DNA of 42,200 nucleotides from an uncultured Clostridia bacterium (GCA_944387455.1 CALXEY010000003.1:1-42200); one strand, 5' to 3'. Positions 1-10,590 are shown, counted from the first letter of the stretch. Translations and numbers: made by a program. The notes: generated by a model from the sequence alone, not told the origin.

Positions 1-214
1 ATTAAAACCAGCTGAATTAGGTACTGGACTTATAGCTGGAGGAAGTGTAAGACCAGTTCTAGAATTAGCAGGATATAGAAATATAAGAACAAAAGTTATT
101 GGAACAAACAATCCAAGAAACGTTGTTTATGCTACACTTGAAGGTTTAAAATCAATGATGACAGTAGAACAAGTAGCTAAAAAAAGAGGTAAAAAAGTAG
201 AAGAAATTTTATAA
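1..214 (+). CDS. rpsE: 30S ribosomal protein S5, 3' part (5' truncated by window)
   Basis: Frame 2 reads [49 protein letters not shown]...EEIL* (TAA 212-214); lies upstream of rplO. Confidence 0.95.
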   Translation, partial: LKPAELGTGLIAGGSVRPVLELAGYRNIRTKVIGTNNPRNVVYATLEGLKSMMTVEQVAKKRGKKVEEIL

Positions 215-260
215 GGAATAATATTCCTTGCTAATTAAAGAAGGAGGTGCAAGACTTAAA

Positions 261-695
261 ATGAAATTAGACGAATTAAAACCAGCTGTAAAAAAAGTAA
301 AAAGAAATAGAGTAGGTCGTGGTATAGGTTCTGGAAACGGAAAAACATCAGCAAGAGGACAAAAAGGACAAAAATCTAGAAGCGGCGGAGGAGTAAGACG
401 TGGATTCGAAGGTGGTCAAACTCCATTATTTAGAAGATTACCAAAAAGAGGATTTAATAATATTCATAGAAAAACTTATACAGAAGTAACATTAAAAATG
501 CTAAATAAATCTAAAGCAACAGATGTTACAGCTGAAAGTTTATTAGAAGAAGGAATTATAGGAAAAATTAATGATGGTATTGTTATTTTAGCAACTGGAA
601 AATTAGAGAAAAAATTAAACGTTAAAGCTACAAGATTTACAGCAAAAGCAAAAGAACAAATAGAAGCTTTAGGTGGAAAGGCTGAGGTGATTTAA
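261..695 (+). CDS. rplO: 50S ribosomal protein L15
   Basis: [45 protein letters not shown] 261 follows AAGGAGGT. Confidence 0.97.
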   Translation: MKLDELKPAVKKVKRNRVGRGIGSGNGKTSARGQKGQKSRSGGGVRRGFEGGQTPLFRRLPKRGFNNIHRKTYTEVTLKMLNKSKATDVTAESLLEEGIIGKINDGIVILATGKLEKKLNVKATRFTAKAKEQIEALGGKAEVI

Positions 696-2018
696 TTGTT
701 TAAAACTATAAAAAATGCATTAAAAACACCAGATGTCAGAAAAAGATTATTATACACATTAGTTTTAATAATAGTATTTAGATTTGGTTGTTATATAACA
801 GTTCCAGGAGTAGATAGCATAGCATTAAATGAAGCTATGGGAAATACAACAGGAATAGCAGGCTTAATTGATATGATTTCCGGAGGAGCTTTCTCTAGAT
901 TCTCTGTATTTGCTATGTCAATTAGCCCATATATTACAGCATCTATCGTAATTCAATTATTAGCTATGATTATCCCTTCTTTAGAAAAATTAACTAAAGA
1001 AGGTGGAGAAGAAGGAAGAAGAAAGATAAATAGATATACAAAGATTTTAACAATAGTACTTGCATTAGTTGAAGGAATTGGAATTTATTTATCATATAAA
1101 TCATCTGGAATATTCGTAGATGATACTTTCCTAACAGGTCTATTAGTAGTAACAGGCTTAGTTGCAGGAACTTCAATATTAATGTGGCTTGGTGAACAAA
1201 TAACAGCAAAAGGAATAGGAAATGGTATATCATTACTAATTTTCATTGGTATTATATCAGGCTTACCAAGTTTAATTACAACATTATGGAGTTTAATTAT
1301 GACAGATGCAGGCTTTAGTACAACAGGTTTATTATTATCAATAGGAATATTAATAGGTGCAATTATATTAGTTGCAGGAGTTGTATTTGTACAACAAGCA
1401 GAAAGAAGAGTACCTGTACAATATTCTAAAAAAGTAGTTGGAAGAAAAATGATGGGTGCACAAAGCACACATATTCCATTAAAACTTGCTATGGCAGGAG
1501 TTATGCCAGTTATCTTTGCAAGTAGTTTTATGACTTTCCCAGCTATGATTATACAAATCTTTGTACCAGATATTGCAAGTAAAACAGGTTTCTTAGCAGG
1601 ACTATATAATTTCTCAATTGCAACATCAACTTCAAATGTAGCAATTGGATATTCTATAGCAAATGCTTTAGTATATTTATTATTAATAATAGGTTTCACA
1701 TTTTTCTATACTTATGCTACATTTAACCCAGCAGAAGTATCAAATAATATTAAGAAAAATGGTGGTTTTATACCAGGAATAAGAGCAGGAAAACCAACAA
1801 CAGATTATTTATCATCAATAATATCAAAATTAACTTGGTTTGGAGGTTTCTTCTTAGCATTGATAGCAATTATACCAATGTTATTAAGATTTACAAATCT
1901 AAACATAGCATTTGGTGGTACATCAATATTAATCGTTGTAGGTGTTGCGCTAGAAACTGTACAACAATTAGAATCTCAACTTGCAATGAGACATTACAAA
2001 GGCTTTTTAGAGAAATAA
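696..2018 (+). CDS. secY: Preprotein translocase SecY
   Basis: SISPYITASIVIQLL, WLGEQIT-GIGNGISLLIF, FIPGIRAG motifs; spc operon position; TTG start. Confidence 0.97.
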   Translation: MFKTIKNALKTPDVRKRLLYTLVLIIVFRFGCYITVPGVDSIALNEAMGNTTGIAGLIDMISGGAFSRFSVFAMSISPYITASIVIQLLAMIIPSLEKLTKEGGEEGRRKINRYTKILTIVLALVEGIGIYLSYKSSGIFVDDTFLTGLLVVTGLVAGTSILMWLGEQITAKGIGNGISLLIFIGIISGLPSLITTLWSLIMTDAGFSTTGLLLSIGILIGAIILVAGVVFVQQAERRVPVQYSKKVVGRKMMGAQSTHIPLKLAMAGVMPVIFASSFMTFPAMIIQIFVPDIASKTGFLAGLYNFSIATSTSNVAIGYSIANALVYLLLIIGFTFFYTYATFNPAEVSNNIKKNGGFIPGIRAGKPTTDYLSSIISKLTWFGGFFLALIAIIPMLLRFTNLNIAFGGTSILIVVGVALETVQQLESQLAMRHYKGFLEK

Positions 2019-2024
2019 ATAAAG

Positions 2025-2045
2025 GGGACGTAAGTTTTACGTCCC
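2025..2045. repeat. GGGAC-tagged palindrome after secY (possible REP-like element or terminator)
   Basis: GGGACGTAA-GTT-TTACGTCCC perfect 9-bp stem; shares the GGGAC end with other repeats in the window. Confidence 0.55.
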
Positions 2046-2177
2046 AAAAAACTTGTTATATTGTAATATAATAAGTTTTGCTATGTTTATAATTATTTTA
2101 TATAAATATAGCAAAGGTTATTATAAGTTGTTTTAATGTAGTAATCTTAAACAAAAGTAAAGATAGGAGTGTTTTAT

Positions 2178-2840
2178 ATGATAATAATTATGCTTGGAGC
2201 ACCAGGAACAGGAAAAGGTACAATAGCAGGAATATTAACAAAAGAATTAGGAATACCACAAGTATCAACAGGTGATATTTTTAGAAAACATATTAAAGAA
2301 CAAACAGAACTTGGAAAATTAGCAGAAAAATATATATCAAATGGAAAATTAGTACCAGATGATGTTACAATAGGTTTAGTAGAAAATAGATTAAAAGAAC
2401 CAGATGTACAAAATGGAATAATATTAGACGGTTTCCCAAGAACAGTAAAACAAGCAGAAGAATTAGATAAGATGTTAGAAAAAGACGGAAAACAAGTAGA
2501 TTTAGTAGTAAACTTAACAACACCAGAAGATGAAATAATAGAAAGAATAGTAAATAGAAGAATTTGTCCAAATTGTAAGGCAGTATATAATTTAATTTTA
2601 AACCCACCAAAACAAGAAGGTATTTGTGATAAATGTGGAGAAAAATTAGTACAAAGAAAAGATGATAATAAAGAAACAGTAAAACAAAGATTTAATAGTT
2701 ATATAGAACAAACAAGTCCTTTAGTTGATTATTATAATAAAAAAGGTAATTTATATTCAGCAGTAGTTAGTAAATCAATTAATAAACTTGGTAAAGATGT
2801 TGCAGAAGATGTTTTAAAATATATTAAAGAAGGAAAATAG
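2178..2840 (+). CDS. adk: Adenylate kinase (Zn-lid type)
   Basis: GAPGTGKGT, STGDIFR, LDGFPRT, lid CPNC...CDKC. Confidence 0.97.
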   Translation: MIIIMLGAPGTGKGTIAGILTKELGIPQVSTGDIFRKHIKEQTELGKLAEKYISNGKLVPDDVTIGLVENRLKEPDVQNGIILDGFPRTVKQAEELDKMLEKDGKQVDLVVNLTTPEDEIIERIVNRRICPNCKAVYNLILNPPKQEGICDKCGEKLVQRKDDNKETVKQRFNSYIEQTSPLVDYYNKKGNLYSAVVSKSINKLGKDVAEDVLKYIKEGK

Positions 2841-2856
2841 AAAGAAGGAAAACAAA

Positions 2857-3627
2857 ATGGTAACAATAAAATCAAAAAGAGAAATTGAACTAATGAGAGA
2901 AGCATGTAGAGTTGTTGCTGTAATGTATGATGAATTAGAAAAAAAGATAAAACCAGGTATGTCAACTTGGGATGTAGATATTTTAGCAGAAAGAATAATA
3001 AGACGTGAAGGTGCAATTCCAGCAGAAAAAGGTTTTACAGAAATGAAAGGTGTACCACCATACCCAGCATCTATTTGTATATCAATAAATGATGAAGTAA
3101 TTCACGGAGTTCCTTCAAAACATAAAATTATTAGAGAAGGAGATATTGTAAGTATTGATACAGTAGCATTAAAAAATGGTTTTAATGGAGATGCTGCAAG
3201 AACATTTATGATAGGAAATGTATCAAAAGATGCGAAAAGATTAGTTGAAGTAACTAAACAAGCATTTTTTGAAGGAATTAAATTTGCTAAAAAAGGAAAT
3301 AGAATAGGTGATGTAAGCCATGCAATTGGTGAATATGTGCGTTCACAAGGGTATTCTGTAGTAAGAGAATTCCAAGGACATGGAATTGGAAGACAAATGC
3401 ACGAAGACCCAGGAATACCAAATTATGGAAAAGCAGGTAGAGGAATAAGGTTAGAGCCAGGTATGACTTTAGCAATAGAACCTATGGTAATTCAAGGAAA
3501 ACCTAATATTTTAGAACTAGAAGATGGCTGGACAATTATAACAGAAGATGGAAGTTTGGCAGCACATTATGAAAATACAATTTTAATTACAGAAAAAGAG
3601 CCAGAAATCTTGACAATACTTAAATAA
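2857..3627 (+). CDS. map: Methionine aminopeptidase type I
   Basis: CISINDEVIHGVP, GHGIGRQMHEDP, AIEPMV, AAHYENT. Confidence 0.97.
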   Translation: MVTIKSKREIELMREACRVVAVMYDELEKKIKPGMSTWDVDILAERIIRREGAIPAEKGFTEMKGVPPYPASICISINDEVIHGVPSKHKIIREGDIVSIDTVALKNGFNGDAARTFMIGNVSKDAKRLVEVTKQAFFEGIKFAKKGNRIGDVSHAIGEYVRSQGYSVVREFQGHGIGRQMHEDPGIPNYGKAGRGIRLEPGMTLAIEPMVIQGKPNILELEDGWTIITEDGSLAAHYENTILITEKEPEILTILK

Positions 3628-3713
3628 TAATGTATAATATAATAGTTATTATGCACAATAGCCAAATTTTGCATAAAAAGAGAAAAACTCTTAAAAATAG
3701 GAGGTAATTTAAA

Positions 3714-3932
3714 TTGGCAAAGGAAGATGTAATTGAAGTTGAAGGAAAGGTAGTTGAAGCCTTACCAAATACAGTTTTTAAAGTAGAGCTAGAAAATGGA
3801 CATCAAATACTTGCTCATATTTCTGGTAAACTAAGGATGAATTATATAAAAATATTACCAGGAGACAAAGTAAAAGTAGAGCTTTCACCATATGATTTAA
3901 CAAGAGGAAGAATTACTTGGAGAGCAAAATAA
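3714..3932 (+). CDS. infA: Translation initiation factor IF-1
   Basis: [19 protein letters not shown]...[14 protein letters not shown]. Confidence 0.98.
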   Translation: MAKEDVIEVEGKVVEALPNTVFKVELENGHQILAHISGKLRMNYIKILPGDKVKVELSPYDLTRGRITWRAK

Positions 3933-3995
3933 TTTTAATCAAATAAAAAATTAACCCAAAATAATATATATTTTAAATTAATGGAGGTGCTAAAA

Positions 3996-4109
3996 ATGAA
4001 AGTAAGACCATCAGTAAAACCAATTTGCGATAAATGCAAAGTAATAAAAAGAAAAGGGGTTATTAGAGTAATTTGTGAAAACCCTAAACACAAACAAAGA
4101 CAAGGTTAA
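3996..4109 (+). CDS. rpmJ: 50S ribosomal protein L36 (Zn-binding type; not in ORF track)
   Basis: Manual translation [44 protein letters not shown]. Confidence 0.97.
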   Translation: MKVRPSVKPICDKCKVIKRKGVIRVICENPKHKQRQG

Positions 4110-4309
4110 TTCCTTATAGTTTATAACACAAATTAAGGTAGCGGCTGTGAATCTATAGAAAATTAAAATTCTATAGATTACATTATCAAATTTGTGTTTA
4201 TATATATGTCTTAAAAACTTAAACTGAACTAGGGTAAACACTAGTTGCATTTCACTTTTTAAGTATTTTAGGACAAACAAACAAAATAATTTTGGAGGTG
4301 CAAAAAAAT

Positions 4310-4678
4310 ATGGCTCGTATAGCAGGAATAGACTTACCTAAAGAAAAGAGAGTAGAAATAGGACTTACATACATTTATGGTATAGGAGTATCAAGTTCTA
4401 GAAAAATCTTAGAAAAAGCTGGAATAAACCCAGATACTAGAGTTAAAGACTTAACTGATGAACAAGTAAATGATATAAGAAAAGTAATTGATGAATCTTA
4501 TATTGTTGAAGGTGATTTAAGAAGAGAAGTAGCTCTAAATATTAAAAGATTAACAGAAATTGGATGCTACAGAGGTCTAAGACATAGAAGAGGTTTACCA
4601 GTTAGAGGACAAAGAACAAAAACAAATGCTAGAACAAGAAAAGGTCCTAGAAAATTAGTAAGCAAAAGTAAAAAATAA
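4310..4678 (+). CDS. rpsM: 30S ribosomal protein S13
   Basis: [10 protein letters not shown]...[29 protein letters not shown]. Confidence 0.98.
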   Translation: MARIAGIDLPKEKRVEIGLTYIYGIGVSSSRKILEKAGINPDTRVKDLTDEQVNDIRKVIDESYIVEGDLRREVALNIKRLTEIGCYRGLRHRRGLPVRGQRTKTNARTRKGPRKLVSKSKK

Positions 4679-4725
4679 TAAGAAAATTTCAAAATAAAAA
4701 TTTGGAATAAGGAGGAAAAGACAAA

Positions 4726-5121
4726 ATGGCTAAAAATGTAACAACAAAAAAAGTTGCTAGAAGAAATAGAAAAAACATTGAAAAAGGTGCAGCTCATATT
4801 CATTCTAGCTTTAACAATACAATAGTTACAATTACAGATACACAAGGAAATACAATTTCTTGGGGAAGTGCTGGAGAACTTGGATATAAAGGTTCTAGAA
4901 AAAGTACACCATTTGCAGCAGGTCAAGTTGCTGAAACAGCAGCTAAAATTGCAATGGAACACGGTTTAAAATCTGTAGAAGTATTTGTTAAAGGACCAGG
5001 AGCTGGAAGAGAAGCAGCAATTCGTTCACTTCAAACAGCAGGTCTAGAAATAAGTGCAATAAAAGATGTAACACCAATACCACACAATGGTTGTAGACCA
5101 CCAAAAAGAAGAAGAGTTTAA
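4726..5121 (+). CDS. rpsK: 30S ribosomal protein S11
   Basis: [41 protein letters not shown]. Confidence 0.98.
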   Translation: MAKNVTTKKVARRNRKNIEKGAAHIHSSFNNTIVTITDTQGNTISWGSAGELGYKGSRKSTPFAAGQVAETAAKIAMEHGLKSVEVFVKGPGAGREAAIRSLQTAGLEISAIKDVTPIPHNGCRPPKRRRV

Positions 5122-5298
5122 TCAGCTGTTAACGAGAAAATTTATTTTTAAATTTTCGAGTGTTACAGATGATTAATACAAAAATCATTTATGATTTTTG
5201 TAATCATTAAGTGATTTGTTGTGAACATTAAACGATTTTTATGAATTTTAAAGCATATATAAGAGAAATGTAAAAGAAAATAAGAAAGGAGTATAAAA

Positions 5299-5925
5299 AT
5301 GGCTAGATATAAAGACGAACAATGTCGTAGATGCCGTAGAGAAGGACAAAAATTGTTCTTAAAAGGTGATAGATGTTATTCTGATAAATGTAGTATTTCA
5401 AGAAGAAACTATGCACCAGGAGAACATGGTCAAAAAAGAGCAAAACTTTCTGAATACGGAACACAATTAAGAGAAAAACAAAAAACAAAAGCATATTACG
5501 GAGTTGGAGAAAAACAATTTAGAAAATACTTTGAAATGGCTTCTAATAAAAAAGGTGTAACAGGTGAAGAATTATTACAAATATTAGAAAGTAGATTAGA
5601 TAATGTTGTATATAGATTAGGATTTGGAACATCAAGAGCACAAGCAAGACAACTTGTAACACACGCACAATTCGAAGTAAATGGAAAGAAAGTTAATATT
5701 CCATCATACTTAGTAAAAGTAGGAGATGTAATAACAGTAAGAGAAAACAAAAAAGATAATGGAACAATTAAAGTAAATGTAGAGGAATCAGCAAAAAGAC
5801 CAGTTCCAGCGTGGCTTGAAAAAGATACTGAAAAATTAAGTGGTAAAGTAATCAGATTAGCGTCTAGAGAAGATATTGATATTCCAATCGAAGAACATTT
5901 AATAGTAGAGCTTTACTCAAAATAA
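5299..5925 (+). CDS. rpsD: 30S ribosomal protein S4 (Cys-containing type)
   Basis: [35 protein letters not shown]. Confidence 0.98.
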   Translation: MARYKDEQCRRCRREGQKLFLKGDRCYSDKCSISRRNYAPGEHGQKRAKLSEYGTQLREKQKTKAYYGVGEKQFRKYFEMASNKKGVTGEELLQILESRLDNVVYRLGFGTSRAQARQLVTHAQFEVNGKKVNIPSYLVKVGDVITVRENKKDNGTIKVNVEESAKRPVPAWLEKDTEKLSGKVIRLASREDIDIPIEEHLIVELYSK

Positions 5926-6035
5926 TAGTTAGAAGTATTAAAAAATATATAATAAAAACTTTTAAATTTTACTGGAGAAAAAACTGTTTAGTTTTAAGAA
6001 ATTTGAGAAATATTCTCGAATATTAGGAGGTAAAA

Positions 6036-6983
6036 ATGATAGAATTTGAAAAGCCAAATATTGAATGTCTAGAAGTAGATGATACAAATAATTATGCAAA
6101 ATTTGTATGTGAACCATTAGAAAGAGGTTATGGAGTAACAATAGGAAATTCTTTAAGAAGAATTTTACTTTCATCACTACCTGGTTGTGCAATAACAAGT
6201 GTAAAAATTGACGGAGTTTTACACGAATTCTCAGATATTAATAATGTAGTTGAAGATGTACCTGACTTAATTCTTAATTTAAAAAATGTAAGATTAAAAT
6301 TTGATGACAATGAAGAAAAAGTATTAAGAATACATAAAGAAGGTGAAGGAGAAGTATTAGCAGCAGATATTATAACAGATGGTACTGTTGAAATACTAAA
6401 CCCAGAACTACATATAGCAACAGTATCTGAAGGTGGAAAATTAATAATGGAAATGACAGCAGATAGAGGAAGAGGTTACAATTCTTCAGATAAGAATAAA
6501 AAACCAAATCAAGATATATCTGTACTTCCAATAGATTCAATTTATACACCTGTTAAAAAGGTAAATTATCAAGTAGAAAATACTAGAGTTGGTCAAATGG
6601 TAGATTATGATAAATTAATAATCGAAGTTTGGACAGACGGAAGTTTAAAAGCACACGAAGCTTTAAGTTTAGCAGCTAAAGTTATGACTGGACACTTAGA
6701 ATTATTTATAGATTTATCAGAAACAACAAAAAATACACAAATTATGATTGAAAAAGAAGAATCTAAGAAAGAAAAAGTCTTAGAAATGACTATAGAAGAA
6801 TTAGAATTATCTGTTAGATCATTTAATTGCTTAAAAAGAGCTGGAATCAGTACAGTTGAAGATTTAATAAATAAATCAGAAAACGAAATGATGAAAGTTA
6901 GAAACTTAGGTAAAAAATCATTAGAAGAAGTAACTGAAAAATTACATTCTTTAGGTTTAGATTTTGCTAAGGAAGATGAATAA
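6036..6983 (+). CDS. rpoA: RNA polymerase alpha subunit
   Basis: [46 protein letters not shown]. Confidence 0.98.
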   Translation: MIEFEKPNIECLEVDDTNNYAKFVCEPLERGYGVTIGNSLRRILLSSLPGCAITSVKIDGVLHEFSDINNVVEDVPDLILNLKNVRLKFDDNEEKVLRIHKEGEGEVLAADIITDGTVEILNPELHIATVSEGGKLIMEMTADRGRGYNSSDKNKKPNQDISVLPIDSIYTPVKKVNYQVENTRVGQMVDYDKLIIEVWTDGSLKAHEALSLAAKVMTGHLELFIDLSETTKNTQIMIEKEESKKEKVLEMTIEELELSVRSFNCLKRAGISTVEDLINKSENEMMKVRNLGKKSLEEVTEKLHSLGLDFAKEDE

Positions 6984-7007
6984 TACTAATAAAGGAAGGT
7001 GAAAAAA

Positions 7008-7535
7008 TTGGCAACTAATAGAAAATTAGGAAGAACAACTGATATAAGAATGGCAATGCTAAGAACATTAACAACTGACCTTATTATGCATGGTAAAGTT
7101 GAAACAACATTACCTAGAGCAAAAGAAGTTAAATCAATTGCTGATAGCATTATAGCTTTAGCAATTAAAGAAAAAGATAACTTCGAAATGGTAGATGTTA
7201 AAGTTGTAAAAGCTAAACTAGATTCTAAAGGAAATAAAGAAACAGAATTAGTTAAAAGCAAAAATGGTAAAGAATATCTTAAAGTTGTAAAAGAAACTAC
7301 AACTGAAAAAAGACAAAAAGATATGCCTTCTAGATTAAATGCTAGAAGAAAAATGATGAAAACTTTAAACAAAGTTAAAGATGAAAAAGGTAATAATATA
7401 GATTTACCAGCAAAATTATTCAACGAAATAGCTCCAAAATATGCAGGTAAAAACGTAGGTGGATATACACGTATAGTTAAAGCAGGACCTAGAAGAGGAG
7501 ACGGAGCAGAAGTTGCAATATTACAATTAATATAG
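7008..7535 (+). CDS. rplQ: 50S ribosomal protein L17, long form with internal insertion
   Basis: RKLGRTTDIRMAMLR, ETTLPRAKEV, GGYTRIVKAGPRRGDGAE; start is TTG 7008 or GTG 6999. Confidence 0.95.
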   Translation: MATNRKLGRTTDIRMAMLRTLTTDLIMHGKVETTLPRAKEVKSIADSIIALAIKEKDNFEMVDVKVVKAKLDSKGNKETELVKSKNGKEYLKVVKETTTEKRQKDMPSRLNARRKMMKTLNKVKDEKGNNIDLPAKLFNEIAPKYAGKNVGGYTRIVKAGPRRGDGAEVAILQLI

Positions 7536-7554
7536 AATTGACATAATTTATTAT

Positions 7555-7583
7555 TTGAAAAAGTGAATTATTTATGATAAAAT
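7555..7583 (+). promoter_or_regulatory. Sigma-A-type promoter with extended -10
   Basis: TTGAAA-17 nt-TAAAAT, with TG at 7575-7576. Confidence 0.6.
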
Positions 7584-7614
7584 AAATATACTATAAAAAG
7601 ATATTTAAAATATC

Positions 7615-7803
7615 TAGCAGGTGCGACTGCTAAATAACCTAAAATGAATATAGCTTTAATGCTATGTGTTGGTTAGGCAACGGTAAAACCTAAAATTGAA
7701 TACAGTAAATATGCTGTGTGTTGGTTAGGCAACGGTAAAATCGTACAAAGAGTGGGGGAATTAGGATACTAAGGTATGAAAATGCTCCACTCTAAATTTT
7801 TTG
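7615..7803 (+). ncRNA. Structured leader RNA: hairpin, two ~51-52-nt tandem units and a terminator-like stem (candidate RNA antitoxin)
   Basis: TAGCAG/CTGCTA hairpin 7615-7632; units start at 7636 and 7687 and share a 29/30-identical core ATGCTRTGTGTTGGTTAGGCAACGGTAAAA; compensatory change in the inner stem; AGAGTGGGG/CTCCACTCT stem then a T-run. Confidence 0.55.
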
Positions 7804-7811
7804 TTTAAAGG

Positions 7812-8504
7812 ATGGTGATTAATATAAAGAAAGAATTTATAAATATTATAGCAGAATGTCAAAAAGAATATGATAAAAATTTAAAAAATAATAAAATAAT
7901 GTTTATAACAGAAGAAAATAACAAGATAAATAAAGAAGAAGTATTTTTCGGAAAAAGAAATTTTTACCATCTAACAGGAATAAGAGCATTTAACAACACA
8001 GGAAGTGAGTTATCACCAAGCAATTTCTATTATTTACTTTCAAGAGGAAGAATAGATAGATTAAATATAGAAAGAAAAGATAATACAACAGATCTAAAAT
8101 TGCAAGTATTACCACAACTTATGAAAATAGATAGAACTGCAAATATGATAGGCAATTATTTTACTACCAATTTATTTTTACAAACGGAAAAAGTTGCAGG
8201 AAACATAAATTCTTGTATGGGATTTGTAAAAGATAAAAAAATGAATATTTATGTTCCAAATACAGCATTAAATCTTGATTTAAGAAGTATTACAAGTACA
8301 AGAAATAAAATTGTAGCTATTTTAAAAAAGAATATAAATGATAAGTTATATAAAAATATTACATATTTAAAAGTTCAATATGAAATAAAAGATATATTGA
8401 AAAATCCAGAAGTCAATAAAAATATTAACTTAAAAGAAATATATTCTAAGGATAAATTAATTAATAAAAAAATCTTTAATTTTTATCAAAATATTTCTAA
8501 ATAA
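7812..8504 (+). CDS. PBECR4-like (BECR-fold) predicted endoribonuclease
   Basis: Y..NL.N..IMFI...E..F...NFYHLTG pattern recalled for PBECR4 proteins; not HMM-verified. Confidence 0.6.
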   Translation: MVINIKKEFINIIAECQKEYDKNLKNNKIMFITEENNKINKEEVFFGKRNFYHLTGIRAFNNTGSELSPSNFYYLLSRGRIDRLNIERKDNTTDLKLQVLPQLMKIDRTANMIGNYFTTNLFLQTEKVAGNINSCMGFVKDKKMNIYVPNTALNLDLRSITSTRNKIVAILKKNINDKLYKNITYLKVQYEIKDILKNPEVNKNINLKEIYSKDKLINKKIFNFYQNISK

Positions 8505-8643
8505 ATTTGTAATCAAGATTTTAGAAATAATAAATTAAAATATTAAATTCTTATTTTAAAATCCATGTTAAATTAATTTAATAAGTATAGTCAAGTCAGT
8601 TGTTTTACTTTTGATTTAAATATTTGAATTCAAGTAGGAATTT

Positions 8644-8883
8644 TTATTTATATAGTTCCAAGATTGATATTTTTAATGCTTTAGAAAATCCCAAAACCTC
8701 AAAATCAGTAATAAACTTTTTACTATTTTCAAGTTTAGAAATATCAGAACGACTAATTTGATAGCCCATTACTTGCATTCTTGCACATAATTCATCTTGT
8801 GTTATTTTTTGTTCTTTTCTAATTTTTTTTATATTTTTTCCACAAATATTATAAACATTATTAGTTATTTTTGATTTTTTCAT
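8644..8883 (-). CDS. XRE-family HTH transcriptional regulator
   Basis: GKNIKKIRKEQKITQDELCARMQ...ISRSDISKLENSKK; ATG 8883 with GGGAGG SD. Confidence 0.88.
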   Translation of the reverse strand: MKKSKITNNVYNICGKNIKKIRKEQKITQDELCARMQVMGYQISRSDISKLENSKKFITDFEVLGFSKALKISILELYK

Positions 8884-8900
8884 AAAAACCTCCCAATATT

Positions 8901-8971
8901 TTGTTCTATTTTTGAACATTTTTCTTGATTTTATTATAAAGAAATGTTAAAATTGTTCTATAATAGAACAA
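8901..8971. promoter_or_regulatory. Divergent promoter region with two TGTTC-N7-GAACA operator-like palindromes
   Basis: TTGTTCTATAATAGAACAA (8953-8971, perfect) and TTGTTCTATTTTTGAACAT (8901-8919) flank TTGATT-17-TAAAAT (8925-8953). Confidence 0.65.
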
Positions 8972-8986
8972 AGGAGGAATATAATA

Positions 8987-10519
8987 ATGAAATTTTTAAA
9001 AGAAAAGGGGATAACTTTAATTGCACTTGTTGTAACTATTGTAATTTTATTAATATTGGCTGGAGTTTCAATTGCAATGCTAACAGGTGATAATGGAATA
9101 CTTACTCAAGCTCAAAATGCTAAGAACAAAACAGAAGAAGCTAAAAGAAATGAAAAACTAGATTTATTAAAACAAGAAGACTTAATAAATGAAACATTAA
9201 ATGGAGTAGAGGTAGAACAAGTAACAGATGAAAAACCAGGAGAATTAGAAAAAGAAGATGAAAATACATTAATTATAAATAGTATAGAAGATTTAGTATT
9301 TTTTGCTTATGACGTAACAAATGAAAATAATTATTCTGGAAAAACAGTAAAACTAGGAACAAGTTTAGATTTTAATTCTACAAAATCATATGTAGAGCCA
9401 CTAAGAACAGATTATGGTAAATATGGTTATAATGGAGAATTAAAAAAATTATTGACAACGGAAGAAGGTTTTATACCAATAGGGGCAGGAAGTGATGAAG
9501 TAGGAACAAATAGTTTTTCAGGAACATTTGATGGTCAAAATAACAAAATAATTAATTTATATATAAATGAAAAAGATGAAACAGCTAGTAAAATAGGGTT
9601 ATTTTCAGTAAACTATGGCAGTATAGAAAATTTAAATTTGGTAAAATTAAGTTTAGCAAGATATGAAGAACAAGGTAGTTTAACTGGTGGATTAGTTGGA
9701 CAAAACAGAACAGATGCTAAAATTAATAATTGTAATGTTTCTGGGAAAATTAATATAAATGGTGTAGGAACTGTAGCGGGAATAACAGGACATAATATGG
9801 GACTAATAGAGAATTGTAGTAATTTAGCTGATATTAAAATAGAAAGTAAAGGAAAAGACTTAGGTGATTGCTATATAGGAGGAATTGCAGGGTCAGTTGA
9901 AGGGAGCATAAAAAAATGCTTGAATAAAGGAAATTTAGATATGATATTAGAAGGAAATCTAACTAAAAGAACTCTTATATATGCTGGAGGAGTTGGTGGA
10001 CTTTCTGGTAATCTTACAGAAGAGTGTTATAATCTAGGAAATATGAATGTAGATTTTAATGGTAATGGTGAACAAACTTTAGAAATTCAAGTAGGAGGAG
10101 TTTGTGGAAATTTAGTAACAGGTAAAAAAATACTTAATTGCTATAATATGGGAAGTGTAACAGCTAACTCTAATAAAGAGCAATTATTTGTTAGTGGAAT
10201 TGTAGGAAAGGGGTTAAGTGGTGAAAGCACAGAAATAAAAAATTGTTATAATATAGGTAGTGTAAATGGAAATTGTAGTGAAAGGAAGTATATTGGTGGA
10301 ATAACATCAAATTTAAATGCAAAAATTACAAATTGTTATTATTTAAATCAAGATGATTTCACAAATAACGGAGCAGAAGCAGGAACAGTAATAACAGAAG
10401 AAGAAATGAAGCAAGATAGTTTTGTAGAATTATTAAATAATGGAAATGAAGAAGAAATTTGGAAAAAAGATGCTGGAATAAATAATGGTTATCCAATACT
10501 TATGTGGCAAATTAAATAA
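8987..10519 (+). CDS. Type IV pilin-like N-terminus fused to a GLUG-like repeat surface domain
   Basis: KEKGITLIALVVTIVILLILAGVSIAMLTGDNGILTQAQ; FSGTFDGQN, repeated GG.VG...I.NCYN.G, NNGYPIL. Confidence 0.8.
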   Translation: MKFLKEKGITLIALVVTIVILLILAGVSIAMLTGDNGILTQAQNAKNKTEEAKRNEKLDLLKQEDLINETLNGVEVEQVTDEKPGELEKEDENTLIINSIEDLVFFAYDVTNENNYSGKTVKLGTSLDFNSTKSYVEPLRTDYGKYGYNGELKKLLTTEEGFIPIGAGSDEVGTNSFSGTFDGQNNKIINLYINEKDETASKIGLFSVNYGSIENLNLVKLSLARYEEQGSLTGGLVGQNRTDAKINNCNVSGKININGVGTVAGITGHNMGLIENCSNLADIKIESKGKDLGDCYIGGIAGSVEGSIKKCLNKGNLDMILEGNLTKRTLIYAGGVGGLSGNLTEECYNLGNMNVDFNGNGEQTLEIQVGGVCGNLVTGKKILNCYNMGSVTANSNKEQLFVSGIVGKGLSGESTEIKNCYNIGSVNGNCSERKYIGGITSNLNAKITNCYYLNQDDFTNNGAEAGTVITEEEMKQDSFVELLNNGNEEEIWKKDAGINNGYPILMWQIK

Positions 10520-10544
10520 AGCTAAATTTTAGCTTTATTTTTTT
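10514..10544 (+). terminator. Intrinsic terminator
   Basis: AAATAAAGCTAAA-T-TTTAGCTTTATTT followed by Ts. Confidence 0.6.
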
Positions 10545-10590
10545 GTGTCAAAAAAGAAATAAATTAATATAATAACCATAGGTGGTAAAA

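Noticed and set aside
7636..7740. CRISPR mini-array
   Set aside because: The sequences between the cores are similar to each other and only about 22 nt long; no cas genes are present
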